DNA from: Piromyces finnis finn
Lineage: Eukaryota > Fungi > Neocallimastigomycota
Length of the DNA stretch: 64,000 nucleotides
Direction: 5' to 3'
NCBI GenBank assembly: GCA_002104945.1
Contig: MCFH01000010.1
Location: 558,001 to 622,000 of the forward strand
The translations under genes were made by a program, and so were the position numbers. The stretch's first letter is position 1; every line of letters starts with the position of its first letter. The notes below the pieces were generated by a model that saw nothing but the letters and a program-made list of their open reading frames with translations, did not search any database and had not been told where the DNA came from. Below, piece after piece: positions 50,098 to 64,000 of this stretch.

Positions 50098-52445
50098 ACT
50101 ATTGTACTTTACCATAAAACTATATATATAGTGACAAGCATACAAAAATTTATTTTTTATTTGTTGTGCAACTTGGAACAGATAAGTTATTCCCATTAAT
50201 ATCAAAAGAGGATTTGTAGTTTCCCACCATTTTTTTCCATTAAAAATAATATCTAAAATATAAAATACACAGGTATGCATTAATGTTGGTATTGGACATT
50301 GCCATAAAATACGTAAAAATCGACAACATAAAATCCAACTTCCTATGCCCCAATTTTCATTTATTTCATTATGTTTACGGTCAATAACATAAATAGATAT
50401 GAGAATAAGGACAAGGAATGGTATAAGGAAATATATGAATTTATATAAAAATGGAAATATTATTTCCATAACATAATTTTGAATTTGATAAATGTTATTT
50501 TTGTGAGGTCTGTATAATGGATTTTTGAATATATTAAAGAAGATTCGTTGTTGTTGAATATCTCGTACAAAACATATACAAAGCAAAAGTACAGAGGTTA
50601 AAATTAAAAATAGTGGTCTTATTTTTTCATTGTCAATTACTGTCCATAGAATATTTATAACAATTATAACAATAACAACTAAAATAGTTCTAAAAATAAT
50701 AATCCATATAGGTTGTTTAAAAAATTGATTTACTAAATGTTTTGACATTTTTGTGTAACAAATATCTATTGAGAATAATGATATTCCATTTAAATAACCC
50801 AATAAAATTGCAATACTAAATCCAATTTGTGTTTTAACAAAATCTCCAAATAAAAATGAAAAAAATATTGATATAATTCCAATACTGAAATATAGAAATA
50901 AACGATAATCTGAAGCTGCTGGTGATCCGCCTAATCCATGAACAACAACCTTTATTATGATAATATTATTTATAATATATATATAGAGAGAGTATATAAT
51001 TTTAAATTAATAAATAATGTAATGGTATATAATTTATAAAATGACTTTATACTTGTTCTAAGGTCCAACTATATAAAGTTCTTAATTGTGGTAAAACCCC
51101 AATTAACCATAATAATGGTAATGTGACAATAATTATATGAAAAATAATATTGGTATCTTTTAAAAATTCAAGATATTCCTAACAATTTAAAATTACAATA
51201 ATTATTATTATTGAATATTTAAACCTTTACCATTTTATTTTATAATAAATTATTAAGTTACATACTAATAACCATGAAATAAAATATAATAGTGAAACAT
51301 AAAATGTTCTTGTTAAACCATCCAATTGAAGGTCATCGTCTGTTTGAAAACTATTTTTTTTTTTAAAAGAAAGTATATTTATATTCATATATTTTTTTTT
51401 AAAAAATTTTCTTTCTATATTTTCATATATTTTAACTATCAACAATTTTAATGAATAGAATTATTATTATTATAAATATTTACATGCTTGTTTCAACTGG
51501 TGCTTTGCTTTATACATTTTTTTTAAATATATATAGAACATATTTTAATTAAATAGTGAATAATATTTTTAAAATAATCTTAAAATATTGATTAATTTTT
51601 AATACCTTGTTAAACTCCACTGAGTAATTAAAATTACTAAATATATATAACATATAATATCATATAATATTATATTAATATTATATAAATAATAAGATTT
51701 TATAAATTTTTTTAATTTTAAACAGTTGTAAATAATGACTATACTGTTGTTATCATACCAATCCAGCCAAGTGTATAAAGAATCCATTTCCCCACATCAT
51801 TTTTTATTCTTATGTCTATATTATCAATTGACAGAAAAACGCATGAATAGGATAATAATACACCTGAAATAATTGAATAGAGAAATATTTTTATTATTCC
51901 TTTATAAGGGAATAATATTGTAAATTGCTGCGCTAATGATGCTTTTTCATCTCCAAATAATGAATCTTCTTCGTCTATAATAATATCATCTTTTTTATTT
52001 TTTCTTCTATGAATAAATAAAGATATAATAAAAAATATAAATAATATTACAGTCCATATACCTAAGAATAATTGTTTTATTTTTTTGTTATAAAATAATA
52101 TATTTATTATAAAAAGAAAATGAATAAAAAAAATCTTAATAATCGTTGAGTATCTATTGAAATATAAAATAAAATTTTATTTTTCCTTATTAAATTTAAT
52201 AAATTAGGATATTTACAACCAGTAATAATTATTGAAATATCATAAATTTTTGGTATTCTATGTTTTTCATTTTTCCAGAATAAAGTTATAATTGATAATA
52301 CCCAAGGCATAATAAATAATATTAAAAAAATAAAATATAATCCAATGTTTCTAACATATATTGATACATCAAATCCACTTAAAGATCCAAACAGTCGTTT
52401 ATAAAATATTTTTTTCTTATATGAATTCATAATTGGAGCCACCAT
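47608..52445 (-). CDS. PCNX4: Pecanex-family multi-pass membrane protein, PCNX4-like (many introns; exon structure not fully resolved)
   Basis: N-terminus MVAPIMNSYKKKIFYKRL...LFIMPWVL resembles PCNX4. Last exon ILRNIFVQSANPPLGYP matches the pecanex C-terminal motif. Hydrophobic exons in between. Confidence 0.75.
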
Positions 52446-53226
52446 TTTTTATTAATGTTATTATAATTAAACTCTTATTCAAAAAATAAAAAATAAAAAA
52501 TAATTAAAATTTATATAATATTATTTTTTTTAAAATAAATAATTTGTTTAAAAAAACCCTTTTTACACAAAATTTTTTAAATTAATATTTAAAATTTTCG
52601 AATTTTATATATTATATAAATAAATAAACTCCGTCAAAATATTAAGCAATTTTATATTTTCTTTTCTTTTAATATTTTTTATTTCTTTTTTATTTATTTA
52701 TTTATCAATAATAAAACAAAATCCTTTTAAAAGTTTTATTAAATAAATAGAAATAACTAACTAATTAAACAAATTATATTAATTTTGTATCACTCATTAA
52801 TTATATAAATTATTTATTTAAATGGATATGTTATACTATAATATTAATAAATATTATATTTATTATTTTTAATATGAAGTAATAATATTTATCTTTAAAA
52901 TAAAAAAGAAAAGAAAATATAATATACATCTTATTAATAAATTGCTATGCACTATTCTATTTTATTTTTCTAATAAAAATATTGTTCTTATTTCACAAAG
53001 AGTGATTTAATATGATATACTTCATTTTTTAAATTTATAAATAAAGCTATTGAAATTATTTTTTTTACATTTTTGTTATTATATATTGAAAAAAAAAGAA
53101 AAATAGTTAAAATTTAATTGCTTTTAAACAAAATATGTGTAAAGATATAGAATAATAATTGAAGAGAATAAAAAATAATAAAGTTTTTGGCATATAGAAA
53201 AAGTGAACTAATTTGTATGATGTAAT

Positions 53227-56567
<3,341 letters not shown>

Positions 56568-57700
56568 TATTATATATTATATCTTTAACTATATATTTGA
56601 TTTTACTTTTTTTTTTTTTCTTTTCTTTTGTAATATATGATTAAATATAAGAAAATAGATTTTAATTTAATATTAGATATTCTATTCCTTTATTTCATTT
56701 TAATTATTTTCTATTTATAATTAAGAAATAATATATTTTGAACTAGTTGTTTTTTTAAAAAAAATAACAAAATCAAAAAAAAATTACTTTTTTAATTAAT
56801 TATGCGATTCTTTATTCTTCATTCATTATACTTATGATTTGATTTTGCTAGAGAATAAATAATTGTACAAAAACTTTATTATATTGTATTCTTTAACTAT
56901 CTTATTTTAAGCATAATTCAAATTTATAATAAAAAGAAAGCAGTTAATTATATATATATATATAATAAAAACCAAGTTAAAAAGTTTTTCAGTATATTAT
57001 AAATATAATTAATAATTAACTATAAATTTTCTGAGGAAGATCGAGGTCTTTTATATTTGATACTTATTTATATATATTAAGTATTAATTCTATTATATAA
57101 ATTTTTAACTAATGATATGCTTTATGTATAATTTTTAATTTTTATGAAAATAAAACAAGTAATTAATGAATATGAAAATCATATATTATATATTGATTTA
57201 ATAATTTTCCTATATATACCTCTCGTATTGTTCATTTTAAAAATAAAAATGTTACTTATTATAAATTAGAATCGTAATATTTATTAAAGATTTTATGTAT
57301 ATATAAATAAAATTAAATTAGGACCGAAGAAAACTTTAAAATTTTATTTTATTAAAGATATATGGATTTAATTTATTATAAAAAATAATAATAAAATACG
57401 GAATATTAATAAAGAAATGATAATATAGCGTAATAGCATTTAAAATAAAAAGAAATATTTTAACATTTATGAAATATAAAAAAAATAGTATGTTTGATAA
57501 AATTTTAAAAAATATTCATTATATTGATTATTAGTTTTTAATAAATCAAATATATATATATAAAACAACATAGTTTTAATAAAAATTACTCTATTATTAT
57601 CTATTTTATCGATTATTGTAAATACACGTGTTGAATCATCTGATCTGATATATAACTGTGGTTATTTCAAAATTAGATTCTTTGTATATTTCTTAAAATA

Positions 57701-58321
57701 ATGACTGAAATAAAATTTAAATCAAAATTTATTGATAAATATTTTAGAAAATATTTAAACATTGAAAATGAACCTATAACAGAAAACATGATACATGATA
57801 TAAAATATATATACGTAAGTACTACACATGCCTATTGTATTGCTTTTGGAAAAGAAACTCTACCAGAAATATTTGAATTTAATGATTGTGGGGATGAATG
57901 GTGGGCTTGTTGTATGAAAGATACAGATAAATTTAAAAGTTATAAAGATTTTTTAAAAATAGAAAACTATGAAAATAACAGTACACTTAAATTTATAAAT
58001 GATCCTGATGAATTATATTGTAGTGATAAAGATATGAAGAAATTTTATGATAATACTAAGACTTTTTGGGCAGAAGACAGTGATTATGATGAACTAAAAT
58101 ATGATGATAATGGTAATACTGGTTTTATATGCTCTGATGACTTAAAGTTCTTTAAAAATGCTGAAGTAGTTCGTTTAATGGATTGTGAAGTTGATATACA
58201 TAGCATTGGGTTTATTAATAATATGCCTAATTTAAAAGTTTTAGAAATTGGCAGGGTTACTTTATTTGATCATGAAGGAATAGATAAGCTCAATAGGTTA
58301 AGAAGATTATGCATTTGGTAA
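57701..58321 (+). CDS. Intronless 206-aa protein with C-terminal leucine-rich-repeat-like units; bacterial-like hypothetical protein
   Basis: Clean ATG-to-TAA ORF in otherwise stop-dense DNA. Repeats such as INNMPNLKVLEI and IDKLNRLRRLCI. Confidence 0.7.
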   Translation: MTEIKFKSKFIDKYFRKYLNIENEPITENMIHDIKYIYVSTTHAYCIAFGKETLPEIFEFNDCGDEWWACCMKDTDKFKSYKDFLKIENYENNSTLKFINDPDELYCSDKDMKKFYDNTKTFWAEDSDYDELKYDDNGNTGFICSDDLKFFKNAEVVRLMDCEVDIHSIGFINNMPNLKVLEIGRVTLFDHEGIDKLNRLRRLCIW

Positions 58322-58939
58322 CAGGAAATTATTATTATACATTATTTATTATTATTACAAAAATAATTTTTAAAGTTTAAATAAAGTAAAATAAAAAGCA
58401 CATAACAGTAACATTCATAAAATAATATATTAATATTATTTTATATCTTATTATTTTAACCTTCATCAAGTTTCATTATTTAATGAATATATTCTTTCAG
58501 CAAAAATTTTAGCATTTTAGATTTTTCACTAATTAAATAACTTTTTAAATCATTTTAATTAATAAATTATTAATATCTTTAATTATTATTTTAATATATT
58601 GTTGATTGGCAAATATTTAATTTTATTTCCTGATTAAAATTTAAAATTTACACCTAGATTAATTATTAAATTTTAAACAAAATAAAGAAAAACTTTAAAT
58701 ATAATTAAAATTACTAATTTTATTTAAATTATTAATACTATCATTAAATAAAATATTATATTCTTTCAATTACAATTTTTTAAATATATATTTTAAAAAG
58801 TAATTTTAATAAATATTCAATTTCATCTTTTATTTATTCACAAAAATAATTAGAGAAATATTATTTCAACTTTAAAAAATAACAAAAATTCTATCTCTGT
58901 ATATCATTAAACTAAAATAATATAAATAAATAAATAAAA

Positions 58940-60904
58940 ATGGATTTTATGCCAAAGATGCCTCAACCAAATAAGGGACCAGATCTTGGTATCCCAATTC
59001 CAGCCCTTTCACCAAAGGCTGTTCATATTAATGCTTCAGAGCATGAATTTGTTGAACCAAAAAAGATTATAACTGATGAATCACATATCAAACCATGGTT
59101 ATATTCAGAAGGTTATTGTAGACTTTTAAAATTTGTTCAACGTTTGAATATAAGTGTTAAAAATAGGAAAATTACAGATCCATGCAATGTATCCGAGGTA
59201 ATTACAATTTTTTTTTAAAAAACGAATTACATATTGAAAATACATTAATATAAAATAAAACCAATAAAATTATATAATAATTCATACCATATTTATGAAA
59301 ATATAATATTTGTTGTGATATTTTCTTTTTTAAATTATTAAAATTTATTACAAAAAATTATTTTATATTTTAGAATGTTCAAAAGACATTAGACTTGCTT
59401 AATGAAGTCGAAAATTGGATTAAAGAAATTCCTCCAATAGAAAGTCAATTTCAAAGATTTGGTAATAGAGCATTTAAAATCTGGATTGAACGCCTTGAAA
59501 CTGTAAATATTGGATATTTTAAAAAATAATAATATAAAAAATGTCAAAAAAAAAAAAAAAAAAAAAAAATAAAAAAAATAAATGAAAAAAAAAAGTAATA
59601 TTAATTTTCGAAAAAAAAAATAATAATTTTAATTAATAATAGCGCTCATATGATTTAATTAGTGATATGTTACCTGAAGAAATGAAAAATGCTACAATTG
59701 AAGTTACACCATACTTTACTGGGGGTTTTGGAAATGGAATTAGAATTGACTATGGTAGTGGTCATGAACTTAGTTTTGTTGCCTTTTTATGTTGTTTAGA
59801 TTTAATTGATTTCTACTCTGAAGAAGATTATGAAGCTATTGTACATAAAATTTTTGTAAAGTAAGTCAGCTTCATATATTATTTTATTATTCTTATTAAA
59901 AACAAATTTTTAATAAATATTATTTATTGACTAAAACTATATATTTTTATAAATAATTCGTAAAAATCATATAATATTAATAATAATTTTAAAAACATTC
60001 TATTCAATTAAATAAATATAAAGATATTTAGATATTGTTCGTAATATTCAATCAACATACTCTCTTGAGCCAGCTGGAAGTCATGGTGTATGGGGACTTG
60101 ATGATTTTCAATTTTTACCATACTACTTTGGAAGTTCTGAATTAGAAAGTAATTAATAATAATAATTTATTATATAAAAAATATACTTTTAATAAAATTG
60201 TTATAAATTAATAAATAATAGGTCATAAAAGAATTAAACCAAAATCTATTCTACAAAAAGACACTGTTGAATACTTTTCAAAGGACTATATGTATTTAGC
60301 TTGTATTCAATTTATATATAAAGTAATTTTTCTACTAATTTACAATATACTTAATTTATCTATATTTAAAGTAATCAAATTATAATTGATATTTATATAT
60401 ATTTTTAATAAATTAAATATAAAAGATGAAAAAGGGACCATTTTATGAACACTCACCAATGTTGTATGATATTTCGGGGGTTCAAAATTGGAGCAAAATT
60501 AATAGTGGAATGCTAAAGATGTTTGTTTGTGAAGGTATTTATCAATATAAATTACTTTTTAAACAAATGTTAAAATAAATTAAATTTAAATAAAATAAAA
60601 GTAAAGTATATTAAGTTTCATTACTTAAATGATTTGTTTATTTATAATAATATCTTTAGTTTTAAAGAAAGTACCAATTGTACAACACTTTTTATTTGGA
60701 TCATTAATCAACTTTAATGAAAGTGAAGAAAAACCTGTATTAGCTACTATGATAGGTGCATCTGCTTCAATAACGCCAACTTCTTCTTCAATTGGATCTA
60801 TTGGTATGGGCCCAGGTTTAGCTTCAACTACTACTGTTCTACCATCAACATCTTATTACAGTGGATATCGTTCAGTTGATCAGTTAAAAAATAGATTTAT
60901 ATAA
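58940..60904 (+). CDS. PTPA: Protein phosphatase 2A activator (PTPA/RRD family), 7 exons
   Basis: [65 protein letters not shown] and [13 protein letters not shown] across GT-AG introns. Confidence 0.93.
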
Positions 60905-61219
60905 ATTTGAAATAATTTATTGTATGTTTATGAAAAAAGAAAGAAAGAAAGAAAAAAAAAAAAAAAAAAAAAAGAAAAAAAAGAAATCAAAACAATCTAT
61001 ATACATATATATTTTAATATTTAGTTTATTTTTAATTATTGTCAATAATAAAAAATGATGATATTTTTTCTATTGCTTATAATAATACGTATTAATATAT
61101 AATAAATGGTATATTGAATCAATATTTTATTATTCCAATAAATATGTATTAATTCGGTGTATTAAAATTAATTTTTTTTTTAATTTAGAAGAAAAGCACT
61201 TTGTAATTTTTTCATTCTT

Positions 61220-61291
61220 TCATTCATAATTGTTTTTTGTTTTTCCATTTCAATTAAGACAACTTTAAGATCTTTTTCACATTGTTGCTTC

Positions 61292-61328
<37 letters not shown>

Positions 61329-64000
61329 TAAAAAAAAAAAAAAAAAAAAAATAATTTAATTATTATGATTATGATATGTTTCATTATTAATTATTAATTT
61401 TATAAAGAATGAAATAAATTTATAACATATTAATAGTTGTGTGTTTACTTCTTTTAATATTATGTTATGTGTATCTTGAAGTTGTTTTAACGCCACAATA
61501 GCTTCATTTTTCTCTTTTTCAACTTTAATATTTTCTAAATACTGATTCTATATTAAAATTTAAATAATTAATAAATTTATTTACGATTTTTAAAAAATTA
61601 ATTAATAATAGTGTATATATATACTTGTGATGATTCCTGTAGCTTTTTTATTTCTATATTTTTTTTATCAATTTCATTCTTACTGTCTTGCATGAACTTT
61701 TGTTCTTTATTCTTAAATACAGTTTTCAATTTAAGGATTTCATTCTCAATCATTTTAATACTTTCATTTCTTTCTTTTAATTTATTACACACCTCATTTA
61801 ATTCTTCTTTAAGATATTTACATTCTTCTTTATAATTTTGATTTTCATTCTTAATTTTAGTATACTGCTTTTCCAAAATATTTAACTATATTATGTTTTA
61901 TTATATATAAATAATGTAGGAAAAATCTTATTACTTATTCCTTTTTATTAATTAATAATGTATATATTAAATTTAATAATGATGAAAATTAATACCTCAG
62001 ATTGAAGTTCTTCATTATTTTTTATTTCTACTGATAATTGATGGCATACATCATCATATTTATCTTCAAATTCAGAACGTACATTTTGACTTTCTTTAAT
62101 CTATTATATTGAAATGTTAATATATATGTGTTTTTTGTTAACAATATATATTATAATATGATACAAAATTATTACTTTTGATTCAAGATTTTGTTTTAAA
62201 TTTCTGATTGTATCATTTTGATCATCAAGCATTTTTTCTTTAACTTTAAGTTTCTATTAAATTAAATTAATATAATATATTAATATGTTAATGTAACTGG
62301 CGATTAATATTTAATAATATAAACATATATATATTATACAATACATATTCTAGTGTTTCTTGCTCATTTTTACTTCTGTTTTTTATTTCTTGAATTGTTT
62401 CGTTTTTTTCTTTTAATTCTATGTTCTCTTTTTCAATATTTTTATATTTTTCTAATAGATTATTATATTTAAGTTCATAATTATTGTTACCATCATGAAT
62501 TAAGGATATCTATATAAATAAGCGTTAATATTAGAAATTTATAGTAATATTTATTAATTTAATAATAAATACCTTTTCAATCATATCCTTTGATATTTGC
62601 TTCTTCTCTTCAACAGTTTTTTTATGATTCAATTTTTCATTATCTAATTCTTTTTGAAGAACTTTTTTCTCTGCTTTAAGTTTATTATAGAATTTTAATT
62701 TCTCTTCCATAGAATATATTTTCCCCTTATAATAAAAATTAAATTATTTTGATAAATTTAATACTTCATATATATGAATATAACTTTTTATTATTATTTA
62801 TTTAAGGATTACTTCGTATATATTTAAACAAGCTTTATACTTATTTTCTGATTCTATCAACTCATTTTTTAATTTTTCATTACAAGTTTTTGTTTCATCT
62901 ATTACTTTACTTTGATTTACTATTTTTGTTTGATTTTCTTTTAATTGTTGGGTTTGAATTTTATATTGCTTAATTAATTCATCCAAAGTCATTTGAATTT
63001 CGGTAGATTTATTTTTTTCAGCTATATGAAAATGATGTATTATGTATTAAAAAGTTATTAAAATATTATAAATATTAATAATATGTTTTTTAATAATAAT
63101 TTTACCATTTAAAACAAATCTAAATTCGTCTTCTAATTCCTTATATGCTTTTCTTGATAATGATAATCTTTTTTCTATTTTTTCTAATTCATTTTGATAT
63201 CTATCTGAAAGCTCTTCTGAAATTGATTTAGAAATATCATCAATTTTATCTTCATATTCTCTATAATTTTAATTTATATATAAAATTAAATATTCGTATC
63301 CTTATTTTTTATAATATAATTAATTATATATTATAAACTATTTACTTTCTAATTTTTTTCTCTTTTTGATTAAATTCTTTTTCTTTTGTTGATATTGTTT
63401 CTTGTAGTTCAATTACTTTTTGCTGAAATTGTTTAATTGTAGTTTGATATATCTCAACTTCTTTATGAGTCTTATTTTTAAAATATAAAAGTGAATTATT
63501 AATACTTGATTTAAGAAATATGAATTAATAATTAATATAATCAATATTCTTTCAATACTAACATCAGTCATTTTACATTTATATTGTTCTTTTTCTTTTA
63601 AAAATTTTAAAGATAATTTTGCTTTTTCATTTAATGCTTCTCTTAATTTTTCTTCTACATTCTATTTATTAATATTTATTAATTTATTATTAAGTTAAAT
63701 TAAATATATATTATCATTTAATTAAATGTTTTTTATTTACTTTTATTTCATCATTATCTTTTTTTGAGTTATTTTCTTGAATTTGTTTTTTTAATACTTC
63801 AATTTCAAATTGTTGTTGATTATATTTAAATTCTTTCTTTTTCAGTTCTTCATTAATTTTTTTATTAACTAATTCTTTTTCTTGAATTTTAGATTCCATT
63901 AATATAATTTGATCTTTGATTTCCAAATAATCAGAATGAAATTCTTTCTCTTTTTCAATATTACTTTTCACCTTCATTAAATTTATTTGAATTATGTTAA
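61220..64000 (-). CDS. Multi-exon coiled-coil protein, 5'-partial, function unknown
   Basis: Successive K/E/Q-rich open segments separated by GT-AG introns; probable last exon ends ...GKTKNNYE*. The start lies beyond the window. Confidence 0.65.

Overview
Very AT-rich, intron-containing eukaryotic DNA. The composition, the flagellar/centrosomal genes and a bacterial-looking gene fit an anaerobic gut fungus (Neocallimastigomycota); this is an inference. Positions 1-16.5 kb are a nest of four Ty3/gypsy LTR retrotransposons. B (1-2085, +) is a chromovirus pol whose 3' end was cut by A. A (2086-8559) is a chromovirus with three LTR copies and an internal 2.8-kb inversion bounded by an inverted GTAAA target duplication, which is the geometry of an auto-integration circle. 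C (8565-14200, -) is an intact single-ORF chromovirus followed by the start of a tandem copy, and it carries a tRNA-promoter-like structured island in its 3' UTR. D (14201-~16461, -) is a tRNA-primed element with only gag left. A and C both show Tf1-type self-priming complementarity, a shared covarying hairpin beside the PPT, and tRNA-spaced A/B boxes. The A and C blocks are joined by a fold-back-templated junction. Positions 16.5-37.6 kb are a gene-free AT desert with microsatellites and short tandem repeats. Positions 37.6-64 kb hold host genes: a PCL-family cyclin, WDR27, a PCNX4-like pecanex, CCDC81, an intronless bacterial-like LRR protein (HGT candidate), PTPA, and a partial coiled-coil gene. 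All coordinates and splice sites were read by eye, and no database searches were run.
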